Part shown: in pieces, positions 1 through 11,040 of the stretch
Numbering within the stretch: position 1 is the stretch's first letter
How the letters are laid out: every line of letters begins with the position of its first letter
Source: Batkoa obscura
Lineage: Eukaryota
NCBI GenBank assembly: GCA_030770535.1
Contig: JASVEC010000022.1
Span: 372,001-436,000, forward strand
Direction: 5' to 3'
Length of the DNA: 64,000 bases
Program-made: the position numbers and the translations under genes
Notes under the pieces: model-generated
What the model saw: the letters and a program-made list of their open reading frames with translations, nothing else
Told to the model about the DNA's origin: nothing
Database searches by the model: none

Positions 1-1069
1 TAAATGTTAACTTTTAAATTAGTTTTTTGTTCCAGCCTTGGACTATTATAACCTTTTTTTTAATTGAAAAAAATTTATTTTCTGTAAGGGATAATATTAA
101 TAATATAAAAACAAAGGCTAATATTTTTTTAGTTGATTGTTAATGTTGTTGCTCTTGTAGGGTTTGGAAATTTATTAGAAAATCTTTGGGGAACAATGGA
201 GTTTATGAAGTTTGTATTTGTATCCAATTTTTTATCTTCTATTTCCTATTGCTTATTCTTACTTACTATCTTTGCTTTTACTGCTAATCAAAATATATTG
301 TAAGTTTATTTATTTTAATTTGCTCCATTATTAATTTGTATAGGGAAATTAAAACAATGGGTTTAACTTGCTTGATAGCTTCTTTTACTGTTGCATTAAA
401 ACAGAGTTACCCTGAGTATAAAGTAAAACTATTTAAAACATTTGGTTTCAAACTTAAAGTAAGTGACAATTTTTAATGACAGATCTAAATCTAACATTTT
501 TTTAGCAATTACCAAGTATTTTCTTATCAATAATCACTATTTTATCTGTAATTTTGACCTCCTTTTTACCCAATATGATTTTGAGTTGGAACGGTGTATT
601 TATTTCTTGGATTTATTTACGCTTCTTTAAAATTACTGATGGTATTTGTGGAGATCGTAGTGAAACATTTTCTTTTGTTTCTTTTTTCCCAACTTTATTT
701 AGGTAATTTTTAAGATAGTATAATCAAGTCATGTCAATGCTAATGATGATTTTACATTTAAATATAGACCTCCATTGAAGATAGTATCCAACTTTTGTTT
801 TAATATATTAGTTCAATTAAGGATATGTCGCCCAATTCATACAATATCTAGCTATGATTTAGAATCAGGAACTGCTACTGCCTCAGTCAGAAGTAATCCA
901 ACACCAGTTCATTTATCATTAGATTCTGAGCGTAGAAAGTAATTTGATCAATCTTATTCAAGTAATTTATACTAATTTAATTAGGGCATTAGCATTAAAA
1001 GCTTTAGATGAAAGATTAAGGCTTTCAAATCCTACTAACTCAATGTCAAGTAAATCTAACGATGTTTAA
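1..1069 (+). CDS. TMEM115/DUF1751-like integral membrane protein; multi-exon, 5' end outside window
   Basis: Exons between short GT-AG introns encode SWIYLRFF, GDRSETFSFVSFFP (650-691) and C-terminal ERR/ALALKALDERL, motifs typical of TMEM115/DUF1751; stop TAA 1067-1069. Confidence 0.8.
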
Positions 1070-1189
1070 TTCTTTAATAATATAACTTTATACAATGGAG
1101 GCTATTAAGTATTATTTAATATGCTTAAAATTTGCAATAAAAAAAATCATAAAAAACACAGAATTAATTAATCCAACTAATTTTATTTA

Positions 1190-2827
1190 CTAATCAGATT
1201 TATTTGTTAGAAAAATGTGATATTTGTTGATGTAGTTTATACGTTCACTATTCTTTAATTTTAATAGATTAATTAAATTTTCTGGTTGATTATTTAATTT
1301 ATAATTGATTTTAATCAATATTTTTAATAAATCATTATTGAACTCTTCAAGATGTTGAGTACTCTTTAAAAAAAATTCAATTCCTTTATCTAAATCTAGA
1401 TTATCTAAACAGTTTATCAAAATGGTATGAAAGATTCCAAAGCTAAGTTTTAATTTTGATACTAAAAACAACTTCAGTAAGTCATCATATTTTTCTTTCA
1501 ACTTCAATAAATTATATAACTTTAACAAATGATGAAAAGGCTGGGAAATTAAATGAAGGTCTGGACGTTCCATATACTTGATTAACACTTTTTCGGCACT
1601 TTGATGGTCAAATTGTGCGCAATAACCTTGTACTAAATAGGTAAATGTAATTGAATTGCTTTTTACTGAATATTCCTTTTCAAAAAGTTGAACCACTTTC
1701 TCAGCAAGTTCCATATCGCCTTGTTCTATCATTCCTTCAAGCATCAAATTTAAGGAAACATAGTTTGGTATCAAATAATGCTTATTAACCTCAGATTGAA
1801 AATATTCCAAAACTTTATTACTTAGCTCACCTTGTTTGTATTTGAATTGAATGTAAATATTCAATGACTGTATCGAGGGTTGAATTCTATTATAAACTAT
1901 GTCTATTTCTTTAAACAAATTCCTATTTAAATAACACAACATTAACTTATTAAAAAATCGCACGTTAGTTTGAGTGAACTTTACATGTTGAACCAGCTGG
2001 CCACTATATTTTACAAAATCATTATCCCTTTTCAGAAAAAAATGATAAGCATTCAAAATGTTTATATAACTTTGTAGATCCTTCTTAACTTCTAATTGGT
2101 TTATAATATCAACAACTTGGTTAATATTCTCTAAAGGCTCAAGACCATACTTCTTAGTTGGGTGTGGATATTTTGAATATAAGCTCAGCATTGAATTGAG
2201 CATGTTCAATGAAATCTCTATGTTATTAAACGCTGGTAGATTTCTATCGAAAAAGGGATTAAAGTTGTTTATTTTCTTTAGTTTAATATCACTGTTCAAT
2301 AAAATGGTATACCATAAGCTTTCTAAATACTTGAAGTCAAAGTCAATTGCAAATGCTTTAAATACATTGTTCCATTCATCTATAGTCAACTTAAATTTTC
2401 TTACTTCAATCATTTCCTTTAATATTTTTTTTAGTCCATTACAATAATATGAATTTACACCAGGTCTCATTTCAATATATGAATCAGTTGTCTTCTCATA
2501 GATACCATCACTATGCTCTATTCTTCTAAGCCTGAGGGAGTTGCTAATTTTTTCTATTATTTCCGAAAAATGGTGCCTTTCCAATAAATCTCCATGGTTT
2601 TGATTAATTATATGGAATAATTTCAAACTAAATTTCATTTCTTTAAAATTAAGAGAGTTGTTGTAAATTTCGATCAGTTCATTGCCGTCTTTATTACCAA
2701 TATTACCATCGTAAGTACTAGCTTTTCTATGGATGCTAACTCTTCTTATTCCACTCGCTAATATAGATTTAGACTGCTGGATATACTTGATATTTTGATA
2801 ATGCTTTAGAGCAGATAAACAAAACAT
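1190..2827 (-). CDS. Pentatricopeptide-repeat (PPR) protein, probably mitochondrial
   Basis: 545-aa intronless ORF; PPR-like ~35-aa units (PNYVSLNLMLEGMIEQGDMELAEKVVQLF; SNSITFTYLVQGYCAQFDHQSAEKVL); basic presequence-like N-terminus. Confidence 0.8.
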   Translation of the reverse strand: MFCLSALKHYQNIKYIQQSKSILASGIRRVSIHRKASTYDGNIGNKDGNELIEIYNNSLNFKEMKFSLKLFHIINQNHGDLLERHHFSEIIEKISNSLRLRRIEHSDGIYEKTTDSYIEMRPGVNSYYCNGLKKILKEMIEVRKFKLTIDEWNNVFKAFAIDFDFKYLESLWYTILLNSDIKLKKINNFNPFFDRNLPAFNNIEISLNMLNSMLSLYSKYPHPTKKYGLEPLENINQVVDIINQLEVKKDLQSYINILNAYHFFLKRDNDFVKYSGQLVQHVKFTQTNVRFFNKLMLCYLNRNLFKEIDIVYNRIQPSIQSLNIYIQFKYKQGELSNKVLEYFQSEVNKHYLIPNYVSLNLMLEGMIEQGDMELAEKVVQLFEKEYSVKSNSITFTYLVQGYCAQFDHQSAEKVLIKYMERPDLHLISQPFHHLLKLYNLLKLKEKYDDLLKLFLVSKLKLSFGIFHTILINCLDNLDLDKGIEFFLKSTQHLEEFNNDLLKILIKINYKLNNQPENLINLLKLKNSERINYINKYHIFLTNKSD

Positions 2828-2954
2828 TAATATTTTACAGTTAAAACTTGGTAAAGCTTATCAATTCAAGGATCCCAAAATAGAATTTAATCCCAAATTT
2901 AATCTTAATAAAACTAAAAATTGGTAATTGAAAAATATAAGTTTTATCAAAAAA

Positions 2955-3729
2955 ATGGGAAAAAAAGATTGGATTAGCAGTAGTAGAGGACTGATTCGTA
3001 TGAGTTGGAACAAAGTTAACACTTACAACTTAGCCAACAAAGTAAGACCTACCAATACCAATGATAAAACTTTATTCCAACAAATGTGGCAAGCAAAGAA
3101 AGAAACTAGAGGTTATCATGATGCGGAGATTACTGAAAAGCAATGGAAAAAAATATTTAAAAACGGAAGAAAATTACCTACCTCCAATACAATGATATCA
3201 AACTTAATTAGTAGTAATGATGAAAGAAAAGTTCAGTTAGAAAATAAACCCCATCCTCATGTTGCTGCTTTAACTTACGCTGAATTGGAAAGGAGATTAG
3301 ACTTTGTAGTTTTCCGCTCTTTATTTGCTTCTTCAATTCTAGAAGCTAAACAACTTATTTTACACGGAAAAGTTAAACTTAATGGTGAAAAAGTAAGGAA
3401 TTTACAAAATAATATAAGCAATTTAATATTAAATAATTAAATAGATTAGAGTAAGTAGTACCAAATTAAATGAAGGAGATATTGTACAAGTCGAGCCAGA
3501 AGCTATCACATTTTTGAAAGGAAGCAAAGGAGAAAACCTTCAATTTGTACCTAAACCTTATTCTCAACCCCATCTGTTTTTACCTCCTTATTTAGAAGTT
3601 GATTATCTTACCTGTTCTACAGTATTTTTAAGAACCCCAATTTCAAGACCTGGCAAAACTGAGATCCCCTCCCCATATCCTCCAAATGTCCATGCCTTGG
3701 CTTATGAGTTTTATGTAACTAAGAATTAG
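2955..3729 (+). CDS. NAM9: Mitochondrial small-subunit ribosomal protein S4 (Nam9-like), 2 exons
   Basis: RMSWNKxNxYNL, KTLFQQMWxAKKETRGYH, S4 domain LERRLDFVVFRSLFASSILEAKQLILHGKVKLNG; intron ~3393-3445; exon 2 PHLFLPPYLEV...PGKTEIPSPY. Confidence 0.9.
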
Positions 3730-3765
3730 TGGAGAATAGAAATAAAAATAAAGATTTAATTTTAT

Positions 3766-4668
3766 TTAACGATATTTTTTAAAAGCATCTGATAAGGTTT
3801 CATTTAATTTTAAAGCTGCAAAACACTTTTTTTCAACTTCACTATTATTTTGTAATTTATCAACGATCTCATCCAATTTATCCATTGGAAAAACGACAGT
3901 TCCATCTTTATCAGAGTAAAGATAGCTATTAGACGATGTTTCAAACGAATGATATTGGTTGATTTTAGCTTGAATACTCCCATTTAATTTATAAGCTTTT
4001 GTAAACCCTTTAGAGCTTAATACTGATGTTCCATAAGCTAACACCTAAAATTTTAAATTTTGAATCATACTAGCACTGAACTAACTTTAAAATTTACCTT
4101 TAATCCCATTTCTTCTAACTCCTCAGAATCTCTTATATATCCCAATACTACAACTCCGGTTGCTTCTTGTTTTAAAGCACGATAACCTAATAAACCACCA
4201 AGTACTGCATTTTTTAAACCTAAAATGATTAGCATTAACTTTAATGGCTTTTTCATCTACCTTCTGGTTGCTTCACTAATATGATACTATCTTTCTCAAT
4301 ATTATCAATCTAATATAAAATAAGCCATACTTTTAAAATATCAAATATAATACCCAATGTTGTCCTTCTGGAATTTCGCTTTTGTTTTCATTATGTACAT
4401 GTACTAACTAAAACGGCTTTTAATACTGCTTGTTATTTGATTTTGTTATTTAACCTACTTCGACAGTGTACACTTTTCCAATAAGTTTGAAATCAATATT
4501 ATGTCTACCGTACGCTTTTAGATCTGGTACAAAGTAATCCCTATACCCTAATTCCATTAATACATCAGATACCTAGCAATTTGTTATAATATATAGTATT
4601 AATTATCAATTTTTTACATCGCTTGTGCCGTACTGTTTTATAACTTCTAATCTTTGTTGTAAATTCAT
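3766..4668 (-). CDS. RraA-like / HMG-aldolase family protein, multi-exon
   Basis: ATG at 4668 (MNLQQRLEVIKQYGTSD..VSDVL); AVLGGLLGYRALKQEATGVVVLGYIRDSEEL and YLYSDKDGTVVFP motifs of the RraA fold; exons separated by short introns. Confidence 0.8.
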
Positions 4669-5158
4669 GATTTTAAAAGATTAGTTAATTTGATTGTTTT
4701 TTATACTTTTGCTTACATCACTAAAGTCAGATGGTAAACTACCACCCAAATTCGCTGGATTAATTTTAATATGGATTATAGCATACAAAGATTACATATA
4801 AGAAATATTAATATATCCAGTGCTTTTAATATTTTATTAACTTTACTTGTTTAAGTAAAACTAAATATATCTTCAATGACTAGCTTATTAACTTATCATA
4901 TTTTAGAAATTTACATTATTGTACCATTACTATCGTAATATTTGAGGAAAATTGTACACATTTCTAAATTAAAACATTGCAAATTAAAACTCTGGTGTTA
5001 ATAATTAACAAGATAGCAATCAGTGTTTATAAATGCAAACATATTTTTATGCTAAAATGTAATAATATCTAATAATATTAATTAAAAAATGAATACATCC
5101 CAGCAAATAAATAAATTTTATTATTGCCAATAATACGAGTATGAGCTAACGGCACAGC

Positions 5159-6565
5159 CTAAATAAATTTAATATCCTTACGGATAACTTTGATATAAAA
5201 ATCATAGATATTAAAAGCTCTTAAGCAAGAGTTTTGATTACCAACAATAGTGATTTTAGTGTAACCAAAGTTTTCTTGTGTAATTGATATATTTAATAAA
5301 GAATCTTCTTCACTATCTAATAAATCCAAATCTCTCTTACTTTTCTCTTGAAGAATATATAAGATATCAGAATGGACAATAATCTCTCGTTTCATTAGAT
5401 TATCTACTTGTGGCTCTTTTCTCATGTTTGGATGTGACCTACTACGGTAATGGAGTGAAGATGGCTTTAATGACTCATTACTACTATGACTATGAAGTGG
5501 GGAAATAGTATCCTGATTTGCTTGAACAATACGTTTCCCAGGATATGGATGTAGTGGCTCACGTTTATCCAAAACATCTTTAACAATACCTGAAACTGTA
5601 TTATTGGGATCATAATTCACAACAACTCCATTGAGTATTTTACAATTATATAATTTATCCCCAATGATCAACATTGATATATAAATACTAGTGACATTAC
5701 CTTGTAATTCAATCATCCTATCATTACATTCAGGTAATTTACCTTTAAAAGCAATTAATTTAACCCCACTAATTGACTCAATTTGTTTTACATTAGATCC
5801 TTTTGTACCAAGAATGGAACCAATCATTAGATCACATACAAGTAATCGTACAAAAGTATGCTCTTCTGTTAACTTACGTGAGTTTATACCACCTTTGATA
5901 TAAATGGTACTTGTTTCCTCGTTTTGAGTCCAAATCTTCGATAAAGTAGAAACACTCTTTGCAACATTTTCAACAGTCCCTTGTAATGTTAATATACGAT
6001 CATTAATGTTTGGAATAATTGATGGCTTCGTAATCGATACTTTTACTTTATTTTTACTCAAATTATATAGCACATTGACTTCTGGTTTAAAGATTACACC
6101 TGCTTCCTTATCACTTAATAACAATCTTATGGTATATTCATTGAAGTGATTAATTCTGGATAATTGAGCTTGTACATTCGAACTGTTACTAACTCCATGC
6201 GATGTCTTTACATTATCTTTAGAATGAAATTGCGGATTGTGAATAGAAGTTTGAAGTGACTTTTTGATATTCAAATTAAGATTCATTTCAGACATGGATT
6301 TACTTTTATTCTTAACATACGATGATGTGGTAAGAGTAGAACTTTGATTACTTTTGTTCCAGATGGAATCAAATAATGTATCTTTAGTATCATCGATCGC
6401 GAACTTGTTGAAATCGAACATTAAATTATCCAACCCGAATCCTGGTGGAGTAGTGGCTTTAGGACTGAGTTGATTAACATTGGCATTATCAATCATAAAC
6501 TTTGAATATAAATCTTCAATTTGGTTGATTTTTTTATTGATTTTTTGATCATCGGTTGATGAAGG

Positions 6566-6633
<68 letters not shown>

Positions 6634-6673
6634 GATATTCGATTGTGTTTTTGTTTTGTTGACTTCCACTCAT
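5159..6673 (-). CDS. KH-domain RNA-binding protein (Pbp2/Hek2/hnRNP-K-like) with N-terminal poly-Asn
   Basis: KH motif VRLLVCDLMIGSILGTKGSNVKQIESISGVKL...DRMIELQG plus a degenerate first KH; first ATG at 6673. Confidence 0.8.
6567..6633. repeat. (AAT/TTA)n microsatellite, about 22 units, encoding the poly-Asn of the KH protein
   Basis: Perfect trinucleotide run inside the ORF. Confidence 0.95.
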
Positions 6674-6978
6674 TTTGTACTTCAAATCGAAATAAAAAGG
6701 AAAACAAAAGTTTATTGATTGTTATCTATCTTTTTATACTCTTACTCTTACCTTATCTTTAAATTGGTTGTTTTAAATCGTCCAAGTCATTTGATACTAC
6801 TTGACCTTATTTTTCAGTAGATTGTCACTTATATGGGCTAATTTTTTAATATCAATGTACTAATATTACTTAATATGGTATATAAGCAAGAAATCATTAG
6901 TTTTGTTGGGGTTTTGAATGAAATGTTTATTATTGTTAAGCTTATTATTTTAGTCTCATGTTATTAAATTTAATTTTG

Positions 6979-7038
6979 AAGTTTATTATTTAAGTTTATT
7001 ATTTAAGTTTATTATTTAAGTTTATTATTTAAGTTTAT
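6979..7038. repeat. Tandem repeat (AAGTTTATTATTT) x4 plus partial
   Basis: Direct inspection. Confidence 0.9.
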
Positions 7039-7670
7039 AACTTTTAATCCAAATTACATAGTAATGCTTTAAATATCATTCTGATTATAGCTTTAGCTTT
7101 CACAAGTTTATTCCATCACTTTACAAAATACTATTTTAGAGTCATAAAAGTTGATGCCAACTTGTAAAAATACAAATGACTTTCTTTTCGTAGCTTTATG
7201 TTTTATTATCTTATTACCATGTTCACTTTACAAGTTATTTAAAATTGAGATTAATGATTAGTCAATTTCTTAAACAAAAGAACTTGTTATTTGATTTTAT
7301 TCATAAATTTCATTATTAATGGGTGTGTTAATTTTTTATTACTTTATAATTACTCTTATACGATTTTGCTTATTCATTTTACGGATTTAGAGTTGAAGTA
7401 TGAAACATTTTTAAATCTTAAAAGTTAATACTAATTGATTTTAATTACATTGAAATGATAATAGCTTAAATGACGATGATAACTTACTGGAGATACTCAG
7501 AAAAAAATATTCGGTTTAGCTATTCCTTATTTTATAAGAAATAAGCAAATGAAATCCTAATCATTTTACATCTATATTTAGTAGCTTTTTTTAAATAGAA
7601 AAAAACAATTAGTTATAATTAACTAAGGCAACGTGATGAAGAGAAATCTAAAATATTAATATTTTTATAA

Positions 7671-7748
7671 ATAGCTAAACATTAATAGCTAAACATTAAT
7701 AGCTAAACATTAATAGCTAAACATTAATAGCTAAACATTAATAGCTAA
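7671..7748. repeat. Tandem repeat (ATAGCTAAACATTA) x5 plus partial
   Basis: Direct inspection; head-to-tail, no spacers. Confidence 0.9.
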
Positions 7749-9007
7749 CATAAAAGCTTTAAAAAAGAAGTTTCCAAGTAATCTGCAACTATTGAAAAGC
7801 CAGTATATATTTCAGATAAGTATAATTAGAAAAGTTATTTTTGAAGTATATTAATATTATATGATGCTGTAATACAGAATATTAAGTAATAATAAAAAAT
7901 ATTAAATAATAATAATAAAAATTAAGTAATGAAAAAAAATATTAAGCAAAAATAAACGCTTTCTTCAAAGATATAACAAATCAATGTATCATTATAGAAA
8001 CTATTTTGTTAATTTAAAAAAACACTATTTATTAATTTAAATAACTATTTATTTATTATCAAATTAAAACCAAGTTTTAGTATAATACATACTATAATAA
8101 AAATTAACAATTTCAAATAATTTTAAAAATACTAAATACTAACTAATCAAATGTTTGTCATTATTTTCATTTTTAAATATCATTTGTATAAACTTTTAGA
8201 TTTATATTGGAAGTAAAGTCACTAAAAGTTTACATCTTGACGTAGGATCAAATTCACTTTTTACTATTAAAATGAGCCAATAATATTATACTTATTCTTT
8301 TTTAATCTTATAGGATATTTATAATATTTCTCATTGTAGTAAAACGTATTTATTTCTAATATGTTAAATATTTTCTTTTTCTTTTTTTTGAAAAATTAGT
8401 ATAATTTATACTACATCATTCAATTAATAAATATTAACTTTATTTTGATAAATAGAAATTAAGCAAATAAATGTAAATGTTTTAATAAACTAAACAAGAT
8501 AAAAAGTCAATCTTAATATGATTAAGTCAACGTTATGTTATTTAAGCATCATGTCTTTATTTCATCTAATTAGACCTATCACTATAAGAACATGATAAAA
8601 ATAAAACCAAATTGTTCATATAATAAAAAAAATTGTCATAGATTAAAGCACAATAATAGGAACATTTGATTTTGCCGCAGTATATTTTTTAAAGTCACTT
8701 AAATCTATTGATAATTAACTAAAAAACTTAATAAGTTATTTGAGATTTTAAACTTTAGGTATAACAATTAATAAAATGATTCAAAGCAGAAAAAAAGTCA
8801 TACACAATAGAATCACCTAATATACTAGAACATCAAAACAGTTTACAGCTTCATAGATTAAATTTTGTTCATTAAACAGTCTCAAAGTAATAACATTTGT
8901 ACCGTTTTTCATTAAATCATAAGCTAGCATTGTAGTAACCAGATAACGGCTTTAAGTATAAATAAACTAAGGAAATAATGATAAAGATTATAAAAAATTG
9001 AATAAAT

Positions 9008-9901
9008 ATGATTGTTTGGCCACATATCTCACTTAAAAGTAAACTTTTATTACCGATCAATAATCTTCAGAATATAACGTATACTGGTGATACATCAAAT
9101 TGGATTAACAGCTATGATGTATATTTACCAAAAGATCAAAATATCAATACTCCTTTATTGATCTGGATTCATGGTGGAGCATGGGTATCAGGAGACAAAA
9201 GAGATGATAGTGAGTTTGCTTCCAAATTAGCCGATCTTGGTGTTGCTACTGTTGTATTAAATTATCGTTTGAGTTCTTCAAGTAATTTCATTAGATATCC
9301 AGACCATATCCTTGATTGCTTTAAAGGATTTTCGCATATTCTAAATAACAACAAACAGTTCAATATCAACCCAGACTTAATATTCTTAGGTGGACATTCT
9401 GCTGGTAGTCAAATTTCAAGTATGATGACACTTAATGCTAACCACTATTTATCTAAAGATAATCATACATTACATTCTGTATCTAAAATTAAAGGAGTTA
9501 TTTCATTAGGTGGTATCTTTGATTTACCATTATTATATAAACAAGATTATAATTATGGTAAAAAATTTCTAAATATTGCTTTTAGTGATGATAACTCTAA
9601 TAAAAGCAATACAACTATCTGGAAACAAGCATCACCCCAGTTTATTTCAAAGAAAGCAATTGATACTATTCATTACCCAGCATTACCCCAAGTATTATTA
9701 ATAAATTCTATTCAGGATCCTTTAGTACATCAAAATCAATCCTTTCATTTCCAGGATAAATTAAATGGACTTGGTTTTAATACTACTTTAGTTAATGGTG
9801 AATTTGGTGATCATTACGCTATCCCTAATAATTTAAGTGTTATTCAACAAATTGCTACATTTATTACCTTTGTTGCTAAACTTAAACCAAAGTTAATTTA
9901 A
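9008..9901 (+). CDS. Alpha/beta hydrolase (HSL-like esterase / kynurenine formamidase-like)
   Basis: HGGAW oxyanion motif, NYRLS, GHSAG nucleophile elbow, DPLV acid, GDH histidine; intronless. Confidence 0.85.
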   Translation: MIVWPHISLKSKLLLPINNLQNITYTGDTSNWINSYDVYLPKDQNINTPLLIWIHGGAWVSGDKRDDSEFASKLADLGVATVVLNYRLSSSSNFIRYPDHILDCFKGFSHILNNNKQFNINPDLIFLGGHSAGSQISSMMTLNANHYLSKDNHTLHSVSKIKGVISLGGIFDLPLLYKQDYNYGKKFLNIAFSDDNSNKSNTTIWKQASPQFISKKAIDTIHYPALPQVLLINSIQDPLVHQNQSFHFQDKLNGLGFNTTLVNGEFGDHYAIPNNLSVIQQIATFITFVAKLKPKLI

Positions 9902-10119
9902 TTTTATGTGTATCTAATGAGTTTATTCATTATCTGTATTTTCTATAAGTTTTAGATTTATTATAATAAATATTGTATATATTAATTTAATTATTTGTTT
10001 AAATTATAAAATTACAAAGCTTGAGGTAAATAACATTAAAAACGTATTTACTTTATTTCTCTATAAAAACCATTATATTTATAAAATATTATACTAACTC
10101 TTAAATTTACTCAATATAT

Positions 10120-10221
10120 GGGGGTGTTTTTTTTTGACTTCATCACTTTTTCTATCTTTTAAGCGCTATTTGAGTGGAATAACTATTAGTAAGATTTTTC
10201 AACAAAAAAAAACACATCCTC
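10120..10221 (+). mobile_element. ~100-bp MITE copy (Sola-like ends)
   Basis: atat|GGGGGTGTTTTT...AAACACATCCTC|atat; homologous to other copies in window; 4-bp TSD ATAT. Confidence 0.8.
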
Positions 10222-10290
10222 ATATTCTAATCATTTATAAAAATTGTGTAAGTTATAATAGTCTGTTATACAATTATTGATATAGTATGT

Positions 10291-10386
10291 GGAGATGTGT
10301 TTTTTGTATTAGAAATTTACTAACATTTTTTCCGCTCAATAGTACTTAAAAAATGGAAAAAGTGATGAAGCCAAAAAAACATCCTT
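10291..10386 (-). mobile_element. ~100-bp MITE copy, degenerate, inverted
   Basis: Reverse complement of MITE consensus (TTCCGCTCAATAGTACTTAAAAAATGGAAAAAGTGATGAAGCC); TSD eroded. Confidence 0.7.
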
Positions 10387-11040
10387 AAATTCTAAAATAA
10401 AAAAGCAAACATTTGATAATATTCTGTCTTTTAATTTATTTTTTAAAAGCTATTCCAGCTATTTAAAGTACATAATGGAATTTTTAGTTTCAAATATAAA
10501 TAAAATTACCGTATTATTAAAACATCAAAGAAATATACATTCCTATACTTTAATCATTTATAGTATGAAGTTCTATAAAGTAACTTATACATATAAATTA
10601 GATAAATTGTGATACTAATTTATATACTACTTACTAACTTATTTGTTAATAAAGAATGTAGATATAAGTTATGGTATTAGAGTACGGTAAGTAGTTAAAA
10701 AGCCTAGAAATTAGCCTTTTAATCCAGAAAAATGACAATTAAATTAAAAAATCAAGTTATATTAAAAGAACCTAACCTTAACCTAACATCAATTCAATCA
10801 ACGTATTTAAATAAAACGTAATATAATATTTTGATTTCTATTTTAAGATTCTAAACAAATTTTAATATTATGTTATAAATAATAGTATTTTATTAAAATT
10901 TTTGTTCCACTTTTTAATGACCTTATCCTAATATCATTTACCTTAAAAACACTATTAGTAAAAAATGTATCAATTTCAATTTGAATAATTCAATAGAAGC
11001 TCTTCAATACCATAAGCTTTTTATTTATTTTAATTATTAT

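Noticed and set aside
6556..6762. Poly-Tyr ORF on + strand
   Set aside because: It is the antisense reading of the poly-Asn microsatellite in the KH gene
6979..7748. Short direct repeats as a CRISPR-like array
   Set aside because: Head-to-tail minisatellites with no spacers, no cas genes, eukaryotic context
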